Source of the DNA: a virus
Taxonomy: Duplodnaviria > Caudoviricetes
Length of the DNA: 27,653 bases
Virus record (IMG/VR): IMGVR_UViG_3300020045_004789
Coordinates: 1-27,653 of that record
Reading direction: 5' to 3' (one strand)
Within the stretch, counting starts at the first letter, position 1. Every line of letters begins with the position of its first letter. The translations under genes were made by a program, and so were the position numbers. Shown in pieces: positions 17,422 through 24,611 of this stretch. Under the pieces are notes generated by a model, which searched no databases, had not been told where the DNA came from, and worked only from the letters and a program-made list of their open reading frames with translations.

Positions 17422-17817
17422 TTAGTTTCCTACCGATCCATCTAAAGAGTGAAACGCAACAGTGGATATATTGTAAAGGTTTCTTGAACCTGCGGGAGCC
17501 AGAGAGGCAGGTTTTTGCTGCCTTATTCCTACTGGAATTACAAATGCGTTGAAGAAAGTGGTGTCGAGGGAGGTGGTAAAAGTCAGTAATAGGTTATCGA
17601 CAGCCAATATTTCGCAAGTCATCTGATCTGCTTGATACATCCCATATTCGGGTGGAATCGTAAGTTTGATTAATTGCCCAATTATGTAGGGAGAGGATGC
17701 AATGGGAACGGCATGAGTTATAACTGCATTGACAGCTTGTGTGATATTGGTAATTACAAGTGAGGGTGGGAAGACGGGAGATGGAGGTAGATACGTATTA
17801 GCAGACAATGTATTCAA
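17422..17817 (-). CDS. E1-FCCH-like domain virion protein (TTG start, possibly at 17808)
   Basis: ITNITQAVNAVIT...GQLIKL.IP..YGMYQ....CEILAV...LDTTFFNAF. Confidence 0.65.
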   Translation of the reverse strand: MNTLSANTYLPPSPVFPPSLVITNITQAVNAVITHAVPIASSPYIIGQLIKLTIPPEYGMYQADQMTCEILAVDNLLLTFTTSLDTTFFNAFVIPVGIRQQKPASLAPAGSRNLYNISTVAFHSLDGSVGN

Positions 17818-17855
17818 ATCTCCATTTTTGTGAACATCTCACCAAAAGATGTATA

Positions 17856-17878
17856 CAAAAGGGGGATTTCTCCCCCCT
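17856..17878 (-). terminator. Rho-independent terminator after the capsid/decoration genes
   Basis: GGGGGA-GAAA-TCCCCC followed by TTTTGT on the - strand. Confidence 0.8.
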
Positions 17879-17889
17879 AAATATTTAAT

Positions 17890-18930
17890 CTAAACTTCTA
17901 ATTTGTATGCCATCCAATTGATGATATCCAAACTAGCTCCTGCTGGGCTTGCAGCTCCACCACCAAGATACATATAAGGCGTAAACTGACCTGTATGGAA
18001 TGGTTGTTTGGAGAAGTCGTACCCAGTTTGCACCAAAGACACAGGATTAAAGCTAGTCTGAGCACCGGCTGGGGACAGAGTAGCAAATAATCTTGATGTT
18101 GGTGACAAGGCGGATGCTGGGAACGTAAATGTTGTAAATGCAGACGAATCTATGTCTACAGTCATGTTATAAGCTCCAATGCTTCCAGAAGCCGCCACAG
18201 CATTTACGGCTGTGATTGTTCCTGTAAGACCATCCATCTGTGTCATACTGAAAGATGAAGGGACAGAGAATCTGATCTTCATACCAACAACATAGAAAGC
18301 AGAAGGATCAACAGACGTACTAATTACCGCTGATGTCGCTTTTGAAATGTTTGTGATGTACAACATTTCTGGGTCAACTGCTGCAAATTTTGAGACTCGG
18401 CGAGTCACTCCACTTGTCGCTGCTGCCAAACCGTTTCCAGCTACGTTAGCTAAACCAAGAAGGGTATAGCCTGCGCCAGATACTGACGAAATTTGGAATA
18501 CCATTCCACCGATTGTCAAATCTCCAGTAGAACTGTAAATGCGTACATAATCACCATTGGAATAGGTATTAGTCTGAGTTACTACAGCAGGGTTTGCGGC
18601 TGTCATCCCAGTGATTAAATTAGCATTCGCAGCTTCAACATATGGACTTACTGTCACATATGTAAAACCATCTGATGCGGTTGCTGTTGCAAAAGTATCG
18701 ATTAAGATCGCGTTTGTTCCCGCTTTTCTCCATCTGATTCCATCATTTGCCGCAGAAGCGCCAGCACCAAATTTTGGTCCGAACCATTCTCCTGCCACAC
18801 AAACAGTACCAGCAGCAGCCATTTGTGTTACGTTTACCGTCTTGAAATAGTCGGCAGAGCTAGGAATAGGAATTTTAACGCCAACTCCAGTAGAGGTGAA
18901 TGAACCACCATCTAAAATTGTAAAAGCCAT
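17890..18930 (-). CDS. Putative capsid decoration/minor head protein with two FCCH-like domains (346 aa)
   Basis: Directly after the capsid gene, before the terminator; ITGMTAANPAVVT and ITNISKATSAVIS repeats; SD AAGGAG. Confidence 0.65.
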   Translation of the reverse strand: MAFTILDGGSFTSTGVGVKIPIPSSADYFKTVNVTQMAAAGTVCVAGEWFGPKFGAGASAANDGIRWRKAGTNAILIDTFATATASDGFTYVTVSPYVEAANANLITGMTAANPAVVTQTNTYSNGDYVRIYSSTGDLTIGGMVFQISSVSGAGYTLLGLANVAGNGLAAATSGVTRRVSKFAAVDPEMLYITNISKATSAVISTSVDPSAFYVVGMKIRFSVPSSFSMTQMDGLTGTITAVNAVAASGSIGAYNMTVDIDSSAFTTFTFPASALSPTSRLFATLSPAGAQTSFNPVSLVQTGYDFSKQPFHTGQFTPYMYLGGGAASPAGASLDIINWMAYKLEV

Positions 18931-18941
18931 ATTGTTTCTCC

Positions 18942-19898
18942 TTATAGTCTTGCGGTTACGTTCAAACCAGAGATCCAGTTTTGGTTTGTAATCGCACGGG
19001 CAATTGCAAACTTAGCATAGAGCTGGCTGTTTTGAGCCACGCTAGATACGACATACGGAGGTCTGTAGCCTAAGATTGCAGAATAGTTATTCTGGTCGAT
19101 CTTAGCAGCAGCTTCTAGGCCATACATCGGAATAGTGTAGACTGTTGCTCCATTGAGAGAAGCTCCAGGGATTTTAGCAGCTTTAGAAGACACGAAGAAT
19201 CTAAAGCGTGATACGGAGCAATATTCTTCAGGACGCAAACCTTCTTGATTAGGATAAGCATTTTTGAGAAGAACGCCCCCAACGTTTTGAAGGTCAGGTG
19301 TGATGTCGGTTGAAGCCAAAGCGATGAATGCATCTCTAGTTGGTGCTGTGCCGAACTTCAGGCCTGCATCGATCCCTTCGAGCATTGTACGCGCATCGTT
19401 ACCAAGCAAAATTCGCTCGATGTTGTTAATATCTTTACGGTCAATCTCACTTGGCTGATCGCCGTTTACTCCCCCTACCGCGTTTATATAACTAACTGAA
19501 CTAGAATAAAGATCTCTCATTAAAAGATCTTCCTTTTCTCGTAACCATTGTCCTAATAAAGCAGTAAACTTAGTTAGTACTTTATCATTCTCATACAAAG
19601 TAACTTGTTCGTTAATTACAACTGTCTTAGCGTAGATTTCCATCGTTGCATCGACATCAGTACGTACGACAACTTCGGGAGCTGGATCAATACCAGAACC
19701 GTCGAGTTGACCACCGTCGGTAGACAGACGCTCATATCGAGACATACGTGTTGTCTTACCGATATGCGCTTCTGCATAGTGAAGATCCGCACCAAAGGAG
19801 TGGATCAGGTTAAACATTGGGGTAGACAATAAGTCTTCGCTGAACTGTAAAGGAAGTTCAGGAGCCATATTGTTAATATTTGTGATGCCATTGGCCAT
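18942..19898 (-). CDS. Major capsid protein, N4-gp56-like (318 aa)
   Basis: GKTTRMSRYERL motif, size, position after the scaffold; ATG 19898 follows SD AGGTG by 6 nt (preferred over GTG 19907). Confidence 0.85.
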   Translation of the reverse strand: MANGITNINNMAPELPLQFSEDLLSTPMFNLIHSFGADLHYAEAHIGKTTRMSRYERLSTDGGQLDGSGIDPAPEVVVRTDVDATMEIYAKTVVINEQVTLYENDKVLTKFTALLGQWLREKEDLLMRDLYSSSVSYINAVGGVNGDQPSEIDRKDINNIERILLGNDARTMLEGIDAGLKFGTAPTRDAFIALASTDITPDLQNVGGVLLKNAYPNQEGLRPEEYCSVSRFRFFVSSKAAKIPGASLNGATVYTIPMYGLEAAAKIDQNNYSAILGYRPPYVVSSVAQNSQLYAKFAIARAITNQNWISGLNVTARL

Positions 19899-19934
19899 GA
19901 TTAACACCTATTTCAAGTGTTTAGTTCTAATTCT

Positions 19935-20012
19935 GTTGTTTGCGAGACAACTAAATCAGCTACACTTGCGAAGGTGTTAATCAGCAGGAGGCTAGCGACG
20001 CCGTATATCAGC
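19935..20012 (-). promoter_or_regulatory. Three tandem GCTGAT + hairpin (TCGCWA loop) units in the capsid leader
   Basis: Units 19986-20012, 19961-19985 and 19935-19960, with different but paired stems. Confidence 0.75.
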
Positions 20013-20019
20013 TTTTTTT

Positions 20020-20048
20020 AGCTTATCAACCTAAATATTTTATGACAA
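20020..20048 (-). promoter_or_regulatory. Putative late promoter for the capsid operon
   Basis: TTGTCA-N17-TAAGCT; predicted start site immediately before the first GCTGAT unit. Confidence 0.65.
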
Positions 20049-20053
20049 TAAGA

Positions 20054-20782
20054 CTATCTTCCACCGCTCTTCATCGTGCGTTGCATTCTAGCCCAGTTAT
20101 CTTGCCGTCTCTTCTCATCGAGCATCATCGGTGCTGAATCTGTCGTCTGAGTAGTGCCTCCTACCGCCATAGATTGAGGCTTATTAAAGTTCTTCTCTGC
20201 CGATTTTTGATCTTTCTTGGAGTTAGGATTAGGCACGAACCTCTTTACAGCCTTATAGATTGCTGCCCATTTGTCATATCCATCCGGTAAATGCTTATAA
20301 GGAGCCGCTACCTCCGGATAATGATACTCAAGATAGTCCAGATTCTCAGTGTTGCATACTTGATCGAAGTCGGAGAAATTAGCTACTAAGCGTTGAGGGA
20401 ACTCCTGCTGCTCTCTTAGACGCTTTTCCTCTTCATACTGACGATCGCGCTTAGCCATCATCTCTTCGACACGCTTATCAATCTTCTGCTCTTCGGTTAG
20501 CTCTTCAGCTTCTTGGTGTACATTCTGTTGAGAAGGCTTATTGAGCAACGATTCCATTGCAGCTTTAAGGGCGGCTATCTCTTCGGCTTTCTTAGCCGCT
20601 TCTCGTTCTGCAAGTTCTTTGGCTTTTCTATCTTGCTCTCGCGCTTCCCGGAACTTTTTCCAATTAATTTGCTCTGGAGTTTCTTGATTTGGTTCAACAC
20701 TCTTTTTTTCAGTGGCATTTAAATTATTCTCTTGCACGTTTTGTTTTACTTCTTCTACCTTAGTGTTAACAACTTCATCCAT
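20054..20782 (-). CDS. Capsid scaffolding protein (242 aa)
   Basis: Charged coiled coil (NWKKFREAREQDRK...), directly upstream of the capsid gene; SD AAGGAG. Confidence 0.75.
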   Translation of the reverse strand: MDEVVNTKVEEVKQNVQENNLNATEKKSVEPNQETPEQINWKKFREAREQDRKAKELAEREAAKKAEEIAALKAAMESLLNKPSQQNVHQEAEELTEEQKIDKRVEEMMAKRDRQYEEEKRLREQQEFPQRLVANFSDFDQVCNTENLDYLEYHYPEVAAPYKHLPDGYDKWAAIYKAVKRFVPNPNSKKDQKSAEKNFNKPQSMAVGGTTQTTDSAPMMLDEKRRQDNWARMQRTMKSGGR

Positions 20783-20794
20783 CTGTGACTCCTT

Positions 20795-21073
20795 ATGTCT
20801 GATTTAGATATTGCTGAAAAAATCAAAGATTCTCAAGAGAAATTGCAAGAAGATTTATCACATTACAGGAGAACATTGTATTATTTGGGAGCGAACGTTC
20901 CTATTCAAGTATTGTGTTTACCAAAAACTCTGGAGACATTACTGATTAACGACGGCTGTCTTCGTGTCTATGATCTTATCAATAGAGACTTTACTAAAAT
21001 CAAAGGCATCGGTAGTACCCGGCTCGCACTCCTTACATCCCGCCTTGACGAGTTTCTCTCTATTAGCGTTTAG
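20795..21073 (+). CDS. RNA polymerase alpha subunit C-terminal domain-like (HhH) protein
   Basis: PIQVLCLPKTLETLLINDGCLRVYDLINRDFTKIKGIGSTRLALL follows the alpha-CTD pattern I..L.L......L...G...V.DL....KI.G.G. Confidence 0.7.
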   Translation: MSDLDIAEKIKDSQEKLQEDLSHYRRTLYYLGANVPIQVLCLPKTLETLLINDGCLRVYDLINRDFTKIKGIGSTRLALLTSRLDEFLSISV

Positions 21074-21544
21074 ATATTCTATCTCCGAAAGATGATCAAA
21101 ATTGTTTTCTTTACGGATTTGATGCCAAAAGTTTTTATTGAAGAAAGCATCACACCAACCTTTAGTCCTCTCCCATTTCTTTGCAACTACTTGTGCTTCC
21201 GAGATTGCAGCCATAACTTTCGCAGGGGGGAGGGACCAGATAAATTTGAGAGTATCTTTGGCCTTATTGTATAGAAATACGGCTTGTTCTGGTCTGGGAC
21301 TTGGCATATAGGGATAGGAATAGAACTTTTGGCGGACGATACCTTGGATGAGTGGGTCGCTTGCTCTCACCATTACCACGAAGAATTCAGGCTCGTCGAT
21401 GATATTTAAATGGGTATGAGCGCTTTCCATTAATTGCTTATGGAGATCATGCATCTGCCCTTCGGCTACTTCCCTACCATCATATAGAGAAGAATCCGAT
21501 TGAGCTTTAAGAGATAGCTCACCAGCAGTTTTACGACGCTTCAT
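20939..21544 (-). CDS. Hypothetical phage protein (201 aa)
   Basis: TAATG coupling to the upstream gene; globular composition; in the head operon. Confidence 0.75.
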   Translation of the reverse strand: MKRRKTAGELSLKAQSDSSLYDGREVAEGQMHDLHKQLMESAHTHLNIIDEPEFFVVMVRASDPLIQGIVRQKFYSYPYMPSPRPEQAVFLYNKAKDTLKFIWSLPPAKVMAAISEAQVVAKKWERTKGWCDAFFNKNFWHQIRKENNFDHLSEIEYLNANREKLVKAGCKECEPGTTDAFDFSKVSIDKIIDTKTAVVNQ

Positions 21545-21720
21545 TAGTGCTTAAAGCTCTTTAGGGTCTCAGCTAAGCGGGCTCGCTTGGCTAGCCTCGG
21601 GTTCTTACTTTTCTCTGCCTTTTTGAGCTTAGACTCCGGAATCTTTTCCCCTTTCTTCACATGAAGAGACTTTCTAAGTGCTCCTGGTTTTTTTATTGCA
21701 CCAGAAATCCAATCAGCCAT
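21544..21720 (-). CDS. Small basic phage protein, 58 aa (not in ORF track)
   Basis: MADWISGAIKKPGALRKSLHVKKGEKIPESKLKKAEKSKNPRLAKRARLAETLKSFKH; SD GAGG; recognisable WI..AIK.PGAL...RA.LA.TL phage motif. Confidence 0.8.
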   Translation of the reverse strand: MADWISGAIKKPGALRKSLHVKKGEKIPESKLKKAEKSKNPRLAKRARLAETLKSFKH

Positions 21721-21763
21721 TAATGATCCTCACCATTTCCTTTGATATATTTTACTCCCTTTT

Positions 21764-21895
21764 CTATTTTCTTTTAGATAGAGGAACTCTTGAAAACATC
21801 ATTGATTTTCTATTTGGATTTTCATCTTTCTTAATCTTTTTTGCAATTTTTTCAGCAATCGACAAATGTTTTTTTGTAGTTTGTTTTTTTTTCAT
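21764..21895 (-). CDS. Small Lys-rich protein, 43 aa (not in ORF track)
   Basis: MKKKQTTKKHLSIAEKIAKKIKKDENPNRKSMMFSRVPLSKRK; SD GAGG; starts 1 nt after the upstream stop. Confidence 0.55.
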   Translation of the reverse strand: MKKKQTTKKHLSIAEKIAKKIKKDENPNRKSMMFSRVPLSKRK

Positions 21896-21896
21896 C

Positions 21897-22121
21897 TTAA
21901 TGATCCTCTCGATTTACTTTGATATGCGTGGTTTTTCTCTCATCTGAAGACTTAGGATTAAAATCTGCCCCTTCAGTAAGAATCATGTTCTTACTTGGAT
22001 TAGTCGCATCATACGTTCTTTCCCAATGCTCGCCTGGAATAGCTCGCTTGTTCCCCTTAGAATGACCAAGCTGGGATGTGCCTGGATTGCGGTTGTTCTC
22101 TTTACCAAATTTGTGTGGCAT
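21897..22121 (-). CDS. Small hydrophilic protein (74 aa)
   Basis: SD GAGGG; operon packing. Confidence 0.65.
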   Translation of the reverse strand: MPHKFGKENNRNPGTSQLGHSKGNKRAIPGEHWERTYDATNPSKNMILTEGADFNPKSSDERKTTHIKVNREDH

Positions 22122-22128
22122 AGTCCCT

Positions 22129-22245
22129 CTATTTCAAGCGAATAATTTTAGCTTTCTTTCCTTTAGGAACTTCCAAAAACTTGGAAATTCCTTCTTTTGA
22201 TCCTTTGAGAGCCTTTTCAGCTTTCTTCCTGTCAGATTTTTTCAT
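22129..22245 (-). CDS. Small Lys-rich protein, 38 aa (not in ORF track)
   Basis: MKKSDRKKAEKALKGSKEGISKFLEVPKGKKAKIIRLK; SD AAGGA. Confidence 0.55.
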   Translation of the reverse strand: MKKSDRKKAEKALKGSKEGISKFLEVPKGKKAKIIRLK

Positions 22246-22255
22246 TTTTGTTCCT

Positions 22256-22305
22256 TTTCCGATTTCCGATTTTCTTAAATCCCTATGGAATCGGAAAATC
22301 GGAAA
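22256..22305. repeat. Intergenic inverted repeat built from tandem TTCCGAT units
   Basis: TTTCCGATTTCCGATT ... AATCGGAAAATCGGAAA. Confidence 0.7.
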
Positions 22306-22311
22306 TACGAG

Positions 22312-22497
22312 TTAATATTTCATTTTGTTCTTTTTAGCATAGGCAGCAAGTGCCGCTGTGCTTCTGCTGAGATCTTGAGGATTGCCAAACTCCGTAGCAT
22401 ATTTCATTTTGCTAGATTGGCCAAGTTCCCCTTCGTTTCTTTCGAATTGGGAAGCTGGCATTTTAGCGCTTCTCATTCCACCTTTTTCTTTGCTCAT
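22312..22497 (-). CDS. Small basic protein (61 aa)
   Basis: ATG 22497 after GGAGGG, 1 nt after the portal stop (preferred over 22548). Confidence 0.7.
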   Translation of the reverse strand: MSKEKGGMRSAKMPASQFERNEGELGQSSKMKYATEFGNPQDLSRSTAALAAYAKKNKMKY

Positions 22498-22498
22498 A

Positions 22499-24547
22499 TT
22501 ACCCTCCTTGGGCTTGTTGAACGGGAGCTTTGTTGTTTTGCTGCCCATTATTAGCTAATTTAATTGCTTCCGCCATTTCGAAGCTAGCACGGAAGTTTGC
22601 GAGATCCATATCTTCTAGGCCTATCATCATCTTTACTAGGTCTAGATCAGCACCCATGCGCTTGTGTTCTGCATCTGCATGGATTTCCTCTACCTTCGCG
22701 ATTTTTTCTTGAACACTGGCCAGTCTCTCTTCTGCTTGAGCCAGGTCAGAACGCGCTTTTGCATGTTTTGCCACCACTTCCGCATTGTCTTTCTCCTTCT
22801 GGGTTTGAGCTTGCTCTTGTTGCATCTGCTGCTGTTGCTGCGTCTGCTCCTGCATTGCTTGAATAACCTCTGCCTTGTTGGAGATAAAGGCAGCTTGAAG
22901 TATTGACTTATCGGCGATTGGCATTCCAAGCTCTTTGAAATGCAATAGCTGTTGTAATTCCATTTGTCTTTGAGTTGTAGAGTAGTTTCCTTCCTCTACG
23001 GCAATTGAGTATTTTAAAGCGTGGGCTGTCCAGAATCTTGGATCGGCGTCGTGGCCGAGAATGCTTTTAATTTTTCCCTTGGAAAAGTTCTTGCGAATCG
23101 CTTGGAGGCGAATCTTTCCGTAGAGTCTCTGAGAATAGTCTGCTTTGTCGAATATAGTCTGCAAAGTAGTAAGTCCTGCTCCTTGTCGCAACATAGATAG
23201 GATGCCTGACTTGTCATCTGTGGCGGCTCCTAGGAGTTCTTCGTTTACTCCTGAAATCTTGGTGATGTCTTCGGATAAAGCTCTTGAGAGTTCAATCATC
23301 GATGCTGGGATCGCGGGAGCTTCGATGCGCTGAAGCTCTTGAGCTGTATGTCCTGCCTTAAGTGGTACTAGGAATCCTTGACCTTGCTGACGGAAAGCTT
23401 TGGGGTCTACTACTGCATCAATAGGATAAATCCATCCACTATTAATTTGAGATTCAAGGATGTCTAATTCTATGACTTTTCTTCGGTTGTATAAATACTG
23501 AGCGTCTCTTAGATTTCTTACTACTCCCTGAATGCGCCACGCATAAGATTGGATATCTGGTTCGTGATAGCATAGCATCGGCACAAACGGGTATGAATCA
23601 ATATTAAGTAAATTTGGCCCATCATACAAAACATGGCTACCTAGACAGATTGCGAGCTTGACAGTAGGAACTTGTTGTTTCTTGACCACAAGCCAAGGTT
23701 GTTGAGCTAATGTACGCTCCATCATGTCATCTTCGTCTTCCTCATCATGCTCCCATTCGACCGCCTCTCCGCTTTTAGGATCTAGTACAATGGTAGCTTC
23801 GCGTGTAGCTCGGTAGTGGAATTCGTCATAGGGAAACAGGGAATTGGTATCGAGGTTGATCAGTTCAGCTTGTAAAGGGAACCTTCCATCCTTCATGCCC
23901 GATGGTTGCATCTTATCTATCTCTTTAGCATGGCCAGGAAGGAGAGCCTTAGCTTGAGTCTTGTTTACCCATCGACGTCTCCATATCGCGGTGCAATCAG
24001 TTAGATCTTGCTTACGATAGTAGGGATCTATCAAGAAATTATTATAGGATACTTGGTCTGTAAATAGATCGCCAGAAATAGGGTCCATAGTGTAATCAGG
24101 ATATAAATGCAGTAGAGAGCAACCCGTATCCATTGCTCCTTCGAACGCTTGCGAAAAGTATTCTTGGAATCCATCTCTATCCTCACTCCATCTTAAGACG
24201 GCATTATAGTCATCGGCCAGAGCATCATTTTCTAGATTGGGCATTGTGACGGTAGATTTACGGTTCTTACGCTGATAGCCAACAATCATATTGATATGAC
24301 GACGGATCAGGTTGAAGAAGAAACGCCTAGCTTGGAAGTATTGATTATCGCCGTAGATCATAGACCAGAGGGTTTGGTCACCTACTTTGAATCTCTTGTC
24401 TATTGCCCCTTGCTGCCAGTAAACGCCATTCGACGGGTAACTAGCCTGATAGAAGTGAGACATGAATTGCTTGATGTTCTTGGCGTTGACATCGGAAGGA
24501 TCTATATAGCCGATACCGCCAAATTGACCATTGTCGTAGGAGCCGAT
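22499..24547 (-). CDS. Portal protein, P22-like (first ATG 24463; likely true start ATC 24547)
   Basis: NLIRRHINMIVGYQRKNR, GVVRNLRDAQYLYNRR, ISGVNEELLG...SG motifs; Gln-rich C-terminal coiled-coil barrel; follows the terminase. Confidence 0.9.
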   Translation of the reverse strand: MGSYDNGQFGGIGYIDPSDVNAKNIKQFMSHFYQASYPSNGVYWQQGAIDKRFKVGDQTLWSMIYGDNQYFQARRFFFNLIRRHINMIVGYQRKNRKSTVTMPNLENDALADDYNAVLRWSEDRDGFQEYFSQAFEGAMDTGCSLLHLYPDYTMDPISGDLFTDQVSYNNFLIDPYYRKQDLTDCTAIWRRRWVNKTQAKALLPGHAKEIDKMQPSGMKDGRFPLQAELINLDTNSLFPYDEFHYRATREATIVLDPKSGEAVEWEHDEEDEDDMMERTLAQQPWLVVKKQQVPTVKLAICLGSHVLYDGPNLLNIDSYPFVPMLCYHEPDIQSYAWRIQGVVRNLRDAQYLYNRRKVIELDILESQINSGWIYPIDAVVDPKAFRQQGQGFLVPLKAGHTAQELQRIEAPAIPASMIELSRALSEDITKISGVNEELLGAATDDKSGILSMLRQGAGLTTLQTIFDKADYSQRLYGKIRLQAIRKNFSKGKIKSILGHDADPRFWTAHALKYSIAVEEGNYSTTQRQMELQQLLHFKELGMPIADKSILQAAFISNKAEVIQAMQEQTQQQQQMQQEQAQTQKEKDNAEVVAKHAKARSDLAQAEERLASVQEKIAKVEEIHADAEHKRMGADLDLVKMMIGLEDMDLANFRASFEMAEAIKLANNGQQNNKAPVQQAQGG

Positions 24548-24611
24548 AAACCACCTCTAAGATTAAACTAAACTTTAAAGTATAAAGACAAACCACGCAA
24601 GTACTATGTGG

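Noticed and set aside
17876-17886. Third exact copy of the 11-nt promoter spacer AAATATTTAGG
   Set aside because: No -10 box follows; it runs into the terminator stem and is AT-rich, so it may be chance, though an operator cannot be excluded
18931-18960. Programmed frameshift or read-through fusing the capsid to the decoration protein
   Set aside because: No slippery sequence at the capsid 3' end, and the downstream gene has its own strong AAGGAG SD
19899-19907. GTG start for the capsid gene as given in the ORF track
   Set aside because: The GTG lies within the SD (AGGTG); ATG 19898 has proper spacing
19935-19960. Resemblance of GCUGAUUUA...GCAA to a SAM-II riboswitch
   Set aside because: The enclosing P1 stem and the 3' pseudoknot strand ending GCUAAA are absent, and the context is a capsid gene
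19935-20012. Mini CRISPR array
   Set aside because: Units are only 25-27 nt with a 6-nt constant part and self-paired variable parts; no cas genes
21678-21947. Hydrophobic 89-aa + strand ORF as a possible holin
   Set aside because: Its Phe-rich sequence is the antisense of Lys-rich - strand ORFs that have good SDs
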